DNA of 49,714 nucleotides, from assembly GCA_030141605.1 (NCBI GenBank), contig JAQGDQ010001285.1, positions 1 through 49,714 of the forward strand, given 5' to 3'. A program made the translations under genes and the position numbers. This document shows, in pieces, positions 1-12,479 of the stretch (its first letter is position 1; every line of letters begins with the position of its first letter). The notes below the pieces were generated by a model. That model was not told where the DNA came from. It searched no databases and saw only the letters and a program-made list of their open reading frames with translations. The stretch comes from Tubiluchus corallicola. Taxonomy: Eukaryota; Animalia; Priapulida.

Positions 1-74
1 GAGAGAGAAAGGGAGAGAGAGAGAAACAGAAACAAAAGAAACAAAAGGAAAGATAAGAGAACGAAAGAAAGAGG

Positions 75-120
<46 letters not shown>
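1..120. repeat. (GA)n / purine-rich microsatellite
   Basis: GA dinucleotide run and A/G-rich tract at the window start. Confidence 0.95.
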
Positions 121-122
<2 letters not shown>

Positions 123-671
123 GGTGGCTGTGGATAAGTGTTCGGTGAAAGGAAAACTCGCTCCACCACTCAGTATAGACGATAAATTATTTACAAACAC
201 GAGGAAAGAACTCTAAATTTCAATTAGTTTTTTTCTTGTTGCGTTTATTAGTCACATCTGTTAGTGTTTATGTTCAAAATACTTTGATCTTTTTAACTCT
301 GACTTGCGTTTGGCGAAAAAACATAAAAGACGGGCTTTGGGTGTCTAGCATTTCATCCTAATATTTCCTGCAAGTAAGAGGCTCGTGTTTCTCCACATTT
401 AACTCATTTTATCACAAAAAACAGTTGCTTTCAATCTTTCAATTATTATATTTCATCCATTAAAATATTTTTTCCACAGAAAAGGTCTATTCAAATCAAA
501 ATTTCTTTAAGTGTTATTATTGTTATTATTCGGAAAAGATGAATTCAACTATGTTGCTAACTGTAAAATATTCCAATGTATACGTGACTTTATATTACGT
601 ACTAAACGCTTCCAGTAGTTTCTATCTGATATGAAATGCATCAGTCTTAAATATTCGTACATTAATATTTT

Positions 672-1210
672 CTACTAATGTCTAATGTAATCTTGTAGTA
701 AAACTTGTAGTAATCTTGTCAGGTTGTGCAGTTATAATCTATTCTTACTGTAAATGTTACTAATGTCTAATGTAATCTTGTAGTAAAACTTGTCAGCTTG
801 TGTAGTTATAGTCTATTCTTACTGTAAATATTACTAATGTCTAATGTAATCTTGTAGTAAAACTTGTCAGCTTGTGTAGTTATAGTCAATTCTTACTGCA
901 AATGTTACTAATGTCTAATGTAATCTTGTAGTAAAACTTGTCAGGTTGTGTAGTTATAGTCAATTCTTACTGTAAACGTTACTAATGTCTAATGTAATCT
1001 TGTAGTAAAACTTGTCAGCTTGTGTAGTTATAGTCTATTCTTACTGTAAATATTACTAATGTCTAATGTAATCTTGTAGTAAAACTTGTCAGGTTGTGTA
1101 GTTATAGTCAATTCTTACTGTAAACGTTACTAATGTCTAATGTAATCTTGTAGTAAATCTTGTCAGCTTGTGTAGTTATAGACTATTCTTACTGTAAATG
1201 TTCCTGTAAA
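672..1210. repeat. 74-bp minisatellite, about 7 copies
   Basis: Unit start ttactaatgtctaatgtaatc recurs at 757, 831, 905, 979, 1053 and 1127; a longer first unit starts at about 672. Confidence 0.95.
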
Positions 1211-1764
1211 TAGTGTATAAAGTCTGTTGTGGCGAGGATCCTAAATCATGTTGTTCAAACTGTCTGATTTAATCCTATAATGAAATATGTTTAGACTAAA
1301 ATTTCTTTAAACGACAATGGAAAATTCGTCTTGCATCACTTATATACAAGAAAGCACAAGAACCCCCCCCCCCCAAGTTACATGAAGCTTAAAAATTTGT
1401 CTTGAAACGTTATACTTACGTACTGCCTTTTTGCACACAGAGCTTACGTCGGCAGTAACGCTATATAAAACCCGTAAATTTAAAGTTTGCAAAAATAATC
1501 AGATCTTATAATCAGAACACTCTTCACCAATTAACCAAAAGTTTAAATTAATTTATATTGTCACTAAGATTAATGACATGTTTTGATGAGTCGGTGGTGC
1601 ACACTGGGAAGGTGAATCAGTGACGTCATTGAAGTCTTATATAGATGGATGGAAGTTTTTTGCAACTTACTTAGAAATTACCCTTTCTTCTCCTTTATAA
1701 GCATTCTCTTCGTGTACAAAGCAGTTCAATTCCTTTAGTTTTATTCCCAAACACTTAATTATTT

Positions 1765-1935
1765 ATTACTGTATCAATTTCTTTTCCATATGTCTGCTTA
1801 ATCATTGCCTATTTGGCTTCTGTTAAATATGTAATTAGTATATAGTATACTTAGTATAATATAATTAGTATACTGTAGACTCTGCCTATATAAACTGGTT
1901 GTAAGTCTGTAATTATTTGCCACTTATGTTGACAG
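1765..1935 (+). repeat. Degenerate partial copy of the fold-back element at 2045-2933
   Basis: Aligns by eye with about 2755-2909 (gtatcaatttctttt...ctctgcctatataaactggttgt...ttgccact). Confidence 0.75.
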
Positions 1936-2083
1936 GTGCAGTAGAGATACGATGATGGGGTAAAATATGCAAATACCAAAATATTGTTACCGAGAACTTT
2001 TGCATAATGACATCACAATGATATTAAAGTACAATAATATTGTTCATAGTAAAAACATCTCAACTTTATTAAAACTTCAATTT

Positions 2084-2580
2084 CTTCTTCTTCTTCTTCT
2101 TCCTAGCTTTTCCCTATTCGGGGTCGCCGTTGTGAATGAGTCTTCTCCACGCATTCCTGTTGTTGACCATCTCTTCATTTATGTCTTCCCTTCCCACATG
2201 ATCCTCACCAACTCTTCTTTTCAGGTGTCCATACCATCGCAATCTTGCGAGGCTTCCACTACTTTTACCGTTCCTGATATTATTATTTCTAATTTATCTC
2301 TTCTTGTTATTCCCACCATCCATCTCAACATCCTCATCTCCACCACACCCATTTTCTACTCTTCGGTCTTCTTTAGAGAAGCTGCTTCCATCCCATTGAT
2401 TAGAGCGGGTCTGACCACTTCTTTGTGGACTTTACCTTTAAATCTCACCGACTCATTCACTGAAGGTTTTGGCGCAGTTTTTACAGACGGGTGCCCTTCC
2501 TGACCCTAACCCTCCCTATTTATCCGGGCTTGGGACCGGCACTGAGTTGGGCTGGCTCCCCCCCCCCCCCAGTGGCTAGG
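2084..2580 (-). mobile_element. Internally deleted RTE-clade non-LTR retrotransposon (5' UTR fused to the 3' end of the ORF)
   Basis: Perfect 19-bp TSD tttattaaaacttcaattt at 2065-2083 and 2581-2599; (GAA)n 3' tail on the minus strand; decayed translation KGKVHKEVVRPAL...EMRMLRWMVGITRRDK...RLRWYGHL, typical of the RTE ORF C-terminus. Confidence 0.9.
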
Positions 2581-2590
2581 TTTATTAAAA
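2504..2590 (-). ncRNA. Twister ribozyme (type P1) at the 5' end of the RTE element
   Basis: Minus strand reads AA-CCUA-GC-CACUG..CAGUG-CCGG-UCCCAAGC-CCGG-AUAAA-UAGG-GAGGG-UUAGGG. P2 CCUA/UAGG, P3 CACUG/CAGUG, P4 CCGG/CCGG and both pseudoknot pairings (CCC/GGG, GC/GC) are present. Confidence 0.85.
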
Positions 2591-2892
2591 CTTCAATTTA
2601 CATAGTAAAAATCATGTCAAACGTTTCGAAAAGGCTACTACTGTCATCACCAGTGGTAAATTTTTACAAACATACAACCAGTTTATATAGCTTACCTGAC
2701 TGGTCTCTTAAACCACTACCTATCTGGCTTTTTGTAAATACGTAATTAGTGCATAATTTACAGTATCAGTTTCTTTTCTACTGGTCTGTTTAATCATAAC
2801 CTATTTGGCTTCCCTTAAATACGTAATTAGTGCATAATGTTCTATACTATAAGCTCTGCCTATATAAACTGATTGTATGTTTGTAATAATTT

Positions 2893-2933
2893 GCCACTGA
2901 TGATGACAGCAGTAACTCTGTCGAAACGTTGAC
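2893..2933 (+). ncRNA. Minimal type I hammerhead ribozyme-like motif (Penelope type)
   Basis: CTGATGA-T-GACAG-cagtaact-CTGTC-GAAAC-GTT: intact core boxes, 5-bp stem II, palindromic AACGTT in place of stem III; stem I is weak. Confidence 0.55.
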
Positions 2934-3884
2934 CGATTTTTGTTACTTGCCATTGCCAATTTACATAATTAGACGAGGGCAACAACTTTGACCCGGTTTT
3001 AGGATTTCGCTTATTACGATTTTGAAACTAAATTTGACTTCAACTGCATTTTAGCTGTAGTTTTACGACGTGCAGTTTTACATTTCAAACATTTTTGCAA
3101 CCCCATAAAGTAATTAAAATGCAGCTCTGTTCCCTTGACGTTTAAATTCCGGTACAGCATGAATTCGTTAACAAAAATGTTCCTCTTTGCTGAATCTCCC
3201 TTTTTCTCGATAGGTTTTTACATTTTTCCAGGAAATTTCATCCCGTGGCGCAGGGATATGCTAGTGCATTTTACACACTGCCTTCTCTGCCACCGTAAAA
3301 ATCTATCTCATCCCTTTTTGACGTTTTTAATGCTAGTTCGCAACACGAAATCGAACTCTCTGTCCTTCGTGACTTTTTTTGCACCTGTCTCGGGGTTTTT
3401 CCGCAAACTTTACAGCTATTCTCAGCAGCTCTTTGATTTATAGTGTTAAGTTCAAATAAATTTATTTCGAGCACTGTTCCCGAGCACTGTTTCAGATACA
3501 GCGCGCTAATGCAGATGAATAACATCGCAGGAGCAACAGTCGTTAAGAATTAAGGGTGAACATCGAACTTCGAATTCGAACACGGTTTTTATCATTAAAA
3601 TGTTTGGGACAGCATGCATTTTTTCACGATTAAGCTGCAGTTTCTGCGTAAAATTTTACACAAACTAATAGTGGCTTTACTACAGAACAAAATCAAGCAA
3701 AATAAATCATAATAAGATCACTTTTTACTAGTGACTCGAAAACTTGTTCGAAAAACTTTCGAACTCAATTCGAATTCGATTCGGATCCAAAAAACTGAAG
3801 TTCGGTTCGATTCGAATTCGATCTCTGGTAGAGAGTGCTCGCCTTTATCAAGAATTCCAAACAATAGAATAAAAGCTAGTTGGT

Positions 3885-3890
3885 CATCTG

Positions 3891-3940
<50 letters not shown>

Positions 3941-3972
3941 CTCTCTCTCTTTTTTTTCTTTCTCTCTGTCTC

Positions 3973-4047
<75 letters not shown>

Positions 4048-4232
4048 CCTCGCTCACTCTCTATTTCTATCTCCCCATCTCTCTCTCTCTCTCGTTTCTG
4101 TTTCTCTCTTTCTTTCATTCGCCTCTCTCTCTCCCTCTTTCCCTCTTTCTTTATTTCTCCCCCTGTCTCTCTCTCTCTCTCTCTGTCTCTCTCTATCTCT
4201 CTTTCTCTCTCTCTTTCTTCTCTCACTCTCCA
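3885..4232. repeat. (CT)n microsatellite, imperfect
   Basis: Long pyrimidine dinucleotide tract. Confidence 0.95.
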
Positions 4233-4667
4233 ATGTAATAATCATCTGATGTTGACGATAAACTCCAGTGTTTAGTACAAAACTTTTATGTCACTTTAAT
4301 AAAATGGTGTGAGTTTGTGACGTTTCGGCTATCGGATGTGCCGAACTGAGTTACGGTAACGGCAATTCTTTGCCAAGTTTAAAGTGCTTCTATTTCCGTT
4401 CCTCTGTTCGTCCAACCCGAGCAATGTGCGACTAAAATCGCGCGTGCGTCGTAACAATTCGCAAATTTGACAAGGTTAATAAAATTACCACGAAATAACT
4501 TGCGGCATTTGCACTGCATTAAATAATTTGGATTTTTTGCGTAGAAAATTAGAAGCATGTGGCGACCATTTAATCTCCCAGTTGCTCCAGCCCTCCTGTG
4601 GTTGAGCTATTAGTATATTGGACCTACGGGTAACTGCTTGCATTTTACGTGCGGATGCTTATGTCGG

Positions 4668-5143
4668 AAGGAAAATCGGATGATTGTGTAAACATTAGTT
4701 CAGAATAAAGAATGCTCGAAAATATTGAAAACTACAGTAGCTTTTTTTAAACCAAAGCTTAGGTTAAATAATAATTACATCCGATACTCAAATTTCGTCA
4801 AACTTTCAAAGCTACGCGCAGCTCAGTGAATCTACTAAGATTGGCAGCGACGCCTTTTTGTCACATTTGCATGGCCGACAAATAGATGGCGGTGCTGTGA
4901 TAAACATGATCATGAACAGCAGTGTTAGTTTATGACATCATATGATGTACAGCCCATTTGCGTTTAAGCAGTAACACTTATGCAAACGTGCATGACGCGC
5001 AAGGGAAGATGCCTGCCATTGCACAAACTGTGGTTAGTTTCTGACGTAAGCAATAGCTGCGTTCAGTTGTTGTTAATTAACTTTCTAAGCTAATTATTCA
5101 AATATAAGAAACAATTGCTAACATTTATAGGCAAAGAAATGTA
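4668..5143 (+). repeat. Dispersed repeat of about 475 bp, copy 1 (unclassified TE fragment)
   Basis: Colinear and highly similar to 16991-17465, from aaggaaaatcggatgattgtg to ggcaaagaaatgta. Confidence 0.9.
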
Positions 5144-5852
5144 AAAGACTTAAAGCAAACCCGGTGAAACCTTAAACCTCGCTTCAGTAAACAGACGGGC
5201 AGGTGTCTATCATCTAAGCACCTGTTCCGTAATTAAGATCAGCGCCAGGAACGCAAGAAAAGATTCTGGATAGTTCTCACTTTGATTTTCCGTTTACACT
5301 TTTAAATTTCTCAGTTTTTTCTCTACTACAACTGCGTGAACCAGATTTGAACCCTAAACCTCTTGGTCGTCTTCACAACAATTTTTTTTTTAGGTTTATT
5401 CATGTTTTCACCTTTCGATTGTAGCTCCCCGGGGGGGGGGTGATTGCCTTAACGAAGAGATTTATGTAATAACCTTACAATATTTTCATCATCTTAAAAT
5501 ATTAAAACAAATTTTGTGCAAAAATCTGAATTAAGGAACTCACATTCATCCGTTTAGTTCAAGAGTTTAGCCTGCAGATGGCGCTTGACGCATTGGAGAC
5601 GTATCTCTCAACCAGGCGATAAATTGATGCTGCTAGACTGATGATGCGATCAGGCTCTACTAGGTAATTAGATTCGCTGCCAGATTTCTTGCTTCACTTC
5701 TCGTCAAGTGAGACTCAGTAGCAAATAATCTTATTTTTGGCGAAGTCTTAAAGGTTGCGCGTCGTCAGCTGCCTTAAATGTTAATCGCATGGCGCGCCGG
5801 TGTCTTTGAGAAACAGAAGCAAGTTTTGTTCATACTGTTCATAAAACAATGT

Positions 5853-6590
<738 letters not shown>

Positions 6591-6710
6591 ACTATTCTTA
6601 ACATATATAGTTGGTGCACACATGAATTCTGCTGGTAAATTTTTAAAACTAATTAATAATAAATTGCAAACAAATAAAGATTTGATTAGTACATGTTATA
6701 TTGGTACACC

Positions 6711-7104
6711 GTAGTGGTCGCAGAACCGACCCTTGTGTAAACCAGATCAATAATGTCAGATTCTTTTCATTTGATTCGCGCCATCATTCAAACTCCTATT
6801 CAAATGCTATTAACAGTCGGTATAATTTATTATCGGCCTCCCATCTCTCTCTTTCTGTCTCTCTTTCTCTTTCTCTTTCTCTGCTGTCCTCTTACCAAAG
6901 TGCTATAAACAGTAGTGGTTCCAGAACCGACCCTTGTGTAAACCAGATCAATAATGTCAGATTCTTTTCATTTGATTTGCGCCACCATTCAAACTCCTAT
7001 TCAAATGCTATTACCAGTGAATATAATTTATTATCGGCCTCCCATCTCTCTCTTTCTCTTTCGCTTTCTCTCTTTCTCTGCTCTCCTCTTACCAAAGTGC
7101 TATA
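6711..7104. repeat. Tandem duplication, two units of about 200 bp
   Basis: gtagtggt..cagaaccgacccttgtgtaaacc starts at 6711 and 6912; both units end in cttaccaaagtgctata. Confidence 0.9.
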
Positions 7105-7659
7105 GATTCTCCTCCAAGACTCCACGAAGCGACGCAGCGCCGGTAGGCCGGTGTTCTAACACTAAGTGGCTATTGTTGAACACTTTTCGCTGGCCATATT
7201 TAGCGGTCCTGGCGGCACTTCATGGGCGTCTTGGGGGGAAATTCATGGCTCTGTAAGGAGAAAAAACCGGGTCATGCGATGAAGTGGGCCTCTTCTATAA
7301 ATATCTGTAGCAGGATGAAGTATTACTAGTTAATTAGAAGAACGTTTTTATGACAACGTCGTAAGAAGAGCTCTAAAAGCCTACAAGACGATTATCTCCT
7401 TGAGTACGAGCTTACTTATTACAACAGCTTACTTATGTCATATGTATGTAGTTCCGGTTGCGATTCCAATACGGAAGCGCCTCAATTACATAAATAAATG
7501 GAACTTGATTTTTGAGCAAGTTATTGTGCTCAGTCAGTTGTTTCATATATACAAAAATTTAGTAACCTCCATAAAGATATTTAGAGGCACTAATACGTTA
7601 TATATATATATATATATATATGTTAACTCTTTCAATGGTACATGTTGTCTTTCCCTTAT

Positions 7660-7764
7660 TCTTTCGCTCTCTCCTCTCTTTCTCCCACTCTCTCTTTCTC
7701 TCGCTCTCTCCCTGTCTCTCTCTCTTTCACTCTCTCTCTTTCTCTGTCTGTTTCTCTCTCTTAT

Positions 7765-7804
<40 letters not shown>

Positions 7805-7966
7805 GCTCTCTTTCTCTCTCTCTTCCTGCCTCTCTTTCTCTCGCTTTCCTTCTCTGTTTCTCTCTTCCTTTGTTCATCTTTTCTTTCTCTGTCTTCTTTT
7901 CTGTCCTTTCTTGTTTTCGTTCTACCATCTATTCGTCCTTCTTTCCGCTTCCACTTCTCCCCCCTG

Positions 7967-8030
<64 letters not shown>
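7660..8030. repeat. (CT)n microsatellite, imperfect
   Basis: Read directly from the sequence. Confidence 0.95.
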
Positions 8031-8032
<2 letters not shown>

Positions 8033-8514
8033 GTCTTTTATCTTTCCATCTCCCTTTCTTTATTTCCATTACAGGGCTAAACCTTCCAACTTTCCACAAG
8101 CATCAGTAACATTATACCGCTAGACAATTTCTAATCACTTCGTCAACACGAAATCTAAATTTCGTTTTTCTTTTTGTTTCAGACTTTCTGTGTGATAGCT
8201 GAGAGGTTCAAGCAGAGGTTTATCTACCGGTTCTCTGCCACAAATTCGCTATTTATCTTCAGTCCCTGGAATCCCGTCCGACTGTTTGCAATATTTATTG
8301 CTACGCATCAGTATCCTTTTTGCGACTGTTTTACACGTTTGTTTTCCACTTATTGAAGCACGAATCTCGATTAATGTCGACATTTTTATTTACAATGTTA
8401 ATCACTTCATGTTTGCAAAGCTATGCTCGCAGGGTCGGATAGGCTACAGCATAGGGCCCTCAAGATGGCGATGATGACAAATCCATTATTACGCCTCTAT
8501 TTGTGGGCCCAAAC

Positions 8515-8810
8515 AATGGTTGCTGCTACTCCTCGTTGTTGCTGTTGTTGTTGTTGTCGTTTTTACCACTGTCGCTGCTACCGTTCACGTTGCTGCTGTT
8601 GTTGCTACTCCTTGTTGTCATAGTTATTGTCGTTGTTGTCGTTGTCGTTGTTGTCGTTTTTATCACTGCCGCTTCTACTGTTTACGTTGTTGCTGTTGTT
8701 GTTGTTGTTATCATTGTCGTTGTCGTTATTGTCGTTTTTATCCCTGCCGCTGCTACTGTTTACGTTGTTAGTGTTGCTGCTGCTCCTATTGCTGTTGCCG
8801 TTGTTTTATT
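8515..8810. repeat. (GTT/GCT/GTC)n degenerate trinucleotide repeat
   Basis: Read directly from the sequence. Confidence 0.9.
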
Positions 8811-9497
8811 TCTGCGGGAAAGAATCATTAACATTTGTCAGAGGTCGTAATTATTTCAAAGCAATTGTGCTCCTAAAACTACACCATAAGTAACTCCCCA
8901 GCTTCCAGATGGACTGGTGAATGGCTTCAACAAAGAAAACCTCGAGTCCTTGACCTGATCTGACATACATAGTTAAACATGGTACAAGATGTTTGTCTGT
9001 GTAAATGAAGCCATATAATGCTTCACAGTGAAACCATTATGCGGCCTGATCTGTCATCATGGGTTAACCTAAAGCAGCTGCCGTTGCTCAGCTCACGAGA
9101 AGAAATGGCCAGTAACACTGAGAGCCTTTATTATGGCGGATTGATGTGACCCTAGAGATGGTAATGATGATGATGATGATGATGATGGCCTGTCACGCTA
9201 TATTAGGATATGACGCGTCACTATTGCCGTCACAGGCAACTTAAGGATGCGCTGGCCAAAGACTTCTTAAGAAAGCGCTAATTACAAAGTTAGGTGTCAG
9301 CAGAGTAGGCAATTAGACGTGCAACTCTGTGCACGAAGCTTGAAATTTTGTTGTTCTAGGCAATTTTTTGATGTTTCAATTTTTTAGAATTAAATTGAAT
9401 CGCATTTGATCGTTTGTTGCCCCTCCAATTCTCAAGCATTTGTGCCAAAAGCTGGATACAATATAATACTAATTAATATAAACAGTATATAATAATG

Positions 9498-10518
9498 TTA
9501 ATGAGTTTTCTGTTAAGTGTGTTAGCTGCCTAAGTAAACCTACAGAAGAGACAAAAAGTATAAAATACTTATTAATGAGTTTTCTGTTAAGTGTGTTAGC
9601 CGCCTTAGTAAACCTACAGAAGAAACAAAACGTATATAATACTTATTAATGCGTTTTCTGTTAAGTTTGTTAGCTGCCTAAGTAAACCTACAGAAGAGAC
9701 AAAAAGTATATAATACTTATTAATGAGTTTTCTGTTAAGTGTGTTAGCTGCCTAAGTAAACCTACAGAAGAAACAAAAAGTATATAATACTTATTAATGC
9801 GTTTTCTGCTAAGTTTGTTAACTGCCTAAGTAAACCTACAGAAGAAACAAAAAGTATAAAATACTTATTAATGAGTTTTCTGTTAAGTGTGTTAGCCGCC
9901 TTAGTAAACCTACAGAAGAAACAAAACGTATATAATACTTATTAATGCGTTTTCTGTTAAGTTTGTTAGCTGCCTAAGTAAACCTACAGAAGAGACAAAA
10001 AGTATATAATACTTATTAATGAGTTTTCTGTTAAGTGTGTTAGCTGCCTAAGTAAACCTACAGAAGAAACAAAAAGTATATAATACTTATTAATGCGTTT
10101 TCTGCTAAGTTTGTTAACTGCCTAAGTAAACCTACAGAAGAAACAAAAAGTATATAATACTTATTAATGCGTTTTCTGTTAAGTTTGTTAGCTGCCTAAG
10201 TAAACCCACAGAAGAAACAAAAAGTATATAATACTTATTAATGCGTTTTCTGTTAAGTTTGTTAGCTGCCTATGTAAACCCACAGAAGAAACAAATGGTA
10301 TATAATACTTATTAATGCGTTTTCTGTTAAGTTTGTTAGCTGCCTAAGTAAACCTACAGAAGAAACGAAAAGTATATAATACTTATTAATGAGTTTTCTG
10401 TTAAGTTTGTTAGCTGCCTATGTAAACCTACAGAAGAAACAAAAAGTATATAATACTTATTAATGAGTTTTCTGTTAAGTTTGTTAGCTGCTTAAGTAAA
10501 CTCACAGAAGAAACAAAT
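9498..10518. repeat. 74-bp minisatellite, about 14 copies, with a 4-mer higher-order repeat
   Basis: Unit starts at 9498, 9572, 9646 and onward; the variant cgccttag recurs at 9601 and 9897 (296 = 4 x 74). Confidence 0.95.
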
Positions 10519-10794
10519 ATGCTAAGTTATTATACAATTTTGCTGTATTCCTTAACCCTATCGTAGATATTTTGATTATTTTGTGATGTTAACTATTTTA
10601 GTAAACTGCATATTCCTAACTTTGACTCATCCAATAGAGGTAGCAGAGTAAGTATTACTACTATTATCATTATTACCTTAACCCTCATAGGGTCACGATT
10701 TTTTACAACCGATTTTGAGAACAGGGGGGTAAAAATTACCCCCTCCATAATTCGTAAATTACTTTTGATAATTGATTTCAGTTACAATGAGTTA

Positions 10795-11190
10795 AGACTA
10801 GATACAATATTATTGCAAATGTTGGTCCAAGGCCTTGGAATGACATAAATGATGAATTAAAAACTGTTCAGACAATTCAAAAATTTAAAAAGAGTACAAC
10901 AAGTACAACACTTCCTAATATTCTATAACTACTGCAGCAGTCATACCACAATCCTGGTACAGATTACGCAAAACAATGCATCATTGATAAATCTTTAGAG
11001 CTGGTGTCAACATAGTACAATCTATTAACTTTCTTCCTACCATTTTCACTAACTCATCCTTCTACCCTTCCTGTGCGATCTAACCTTTCTCCCTGTTCTT
11101 TTTTTGTTCACTCATCCATTCTTTTTTTATCGGTTTCACATGGCAGTGGGTTCATACAAGCCTTTGCTTCTCTAGCCCATTGCAGTACAA
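10795..11190 (+). mobile_element. 3' remnant of a CR1/L2-group (Crack-like) LINE
   Basis: Translation IANVGPRPWNDINDELKTVQTIQKFKK resembles the ORF2 C-terminus; 3' UTR stem-loop gcagtgggtt...agcccattgc at about 11143-11183. Confidence 0.55.
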
Positions 11191-11309
11191 TTATTCTTTT
11201 TATGATAACGATAGTGTATGAAACATAACAATTTAATGCAGTATGACGTAATAATTTTATTTTTTTGATGTCACTGTGTGCATAATGTCATTACATGTCA
11301 ATGTCTTAA

Positions 11310-11890
11310 TGTCATCATCCCACAAATATAATTTATTGTGTGTTAAAACTCTTAAAGTGAAAGAAATATATGACATTTTTGTCTTCATTTCATGTATCAG
11401 TATCATAATTCACTACTTCCACCAGCTTTTCAGACATACTTTAGTCCAGTTTCAAATCAACATGATCATTACAAAAGATATTCAGTCGGAAACTATGTAC
11501 TCCCTCTTCCAAAAGCAAATATAGTGAAACAGTCATCAAAATATAATGCTCTCAAAATATGGTCATCAATTCCGCCTGAAATGAAAACTCTTAATCTTTA
11601 TCAATTTAAAAAAACATCAAAGAATTACCTACTACAACGGTATAATTAACTCACAATTTTACTCATCCTGATCCTAGGTTACTAACAAAACTTATTTTGT
11701 TCTAATGATAACTTTATAATAATAATTATAACTGATGAAAATGTAATGTTAATTGTCAATTGTTCCACTTATCTGGAGGAGGACACGAAAGCTCAATGCT
11801 CCTTCCTCCTCCTCACAGTAACTCGCATAGTTTTTTTTCCATGTAATATCAATTTGTATGTGTTGCTGTGGAATAAATTCATAATTCATT
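11310..11890 (+). mobile_element. 3' remnant of a CR1/L2-group (Crack-like) LINE
   Basis: ORF 11392-11649 (MYQYHNSLLPPAFQTYF...KIWSSIPPEMK..YQFKK..KNYLL) matches the typical ORF2 C-terminus; 3' stem-loop ggaggagga...tcctcctcc, then AATAAA at about 11872. Confidence 0.75.
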
Positions 11891-11967
11891 ACAGTGTTCT
11901 GAATGTGACTAAAAAATGATTCTATAGGGCAGATTGTGACACGGTAAAATTCCCTGACAGCGCTGGT

Positions 11968-12176
11968 GGCTCTCTTTCACTCTCTCTTGCTCTCTCTTTC
12001 TCTCTCGCTCTTTCTCTCTCTGTCTCTCTCTCACTCCCTTGCTCTCTTTCTCTCTACCTCCCCCTCTCTCTCGCGCTCTTGCTCTTTTTTCTCTCTCTCT
12101 CTCTCTCCCTCTTTTTCGCTCTTTCTCTCTTTCTCTCTCTCTTGCTCTCCCTCTTGCTTTCTCCATCCTCTCTCTT

Positions 12177-12207
<31 letters not shown>

Positions 12208-12317
12208 TACTCTCCCTCTTGCTTTCTCCATCCTCTCTCTTTCTCTCTCTCTCTTGCTCTCCCTCTTGCGTTCTCCATTCTCTCTTTCTCTTTCTCTCTC
12301 TCTCTCTCTCTCTCTTG

Positions 12318-12400
<83 letters not shown>

Positions 12401-12445
12401 TCTCCCTCTTGCTTTCTCCATCCTTCCTCTTTCTCTCTCTCTCTT

Positions 12446-12476
<31 letters not shown>
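11968..12476. repeat. (CT)n microsatellite with recurring cttgctttctccatcc subunits
   Basis: Read directly from the sequence. Confidence 0.95.

Positions 12477-12479
<3 letters not shown>

Larger units (their letters stand above)
2045..2933. mobile_element. Fold-back element copy A with Penelope pLTR-like arms, interrupted by an RTE insertion
   Basis: Imperfect inverted arms of about 74 bp at 2616-2690 and 2860-2933. Each arm reads outward as TATATAAA then a hammerhead-like motif; the left arm continues to AATAAA. A homologous inverted copy lies at 15036-16370. Confidence 0.65.

Noticed and set aside
1967-2503. 178-aa plus-strand ORF
   Set aside because: It is largely the antisense of the RTE remnant; the recognisable protein is on the minus strand
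3555-3830. TTCGAA-rich cluster ending in tcgatctctg, resembling a hAT subterminal region or heat-shock elements
   Set aside because: No matching opposite end or TSD found; function cannot be supported
6660-6760. Minus-strand QGSVLRPL, resembling the RT motif PQGSVLGP
   Set aside because: Too short and degraded to call a LINE remnant with confidence
7093-7250. Minus-strand exon (pyrimidine tract + cttacag acceptor, gtaaga donor)
   Set aside because: All three frames contain stops; a non-coding exon cannot be supported without RNA data
10678-10745. piggyBac-like end (TTAA-CCCT) with a gggggtaa..ttaccccc palindrome; similarly a mariner-like TA-CAGGGCGTTCC at 14848
   Set aside because: Single ends only, with no partner TIR identified
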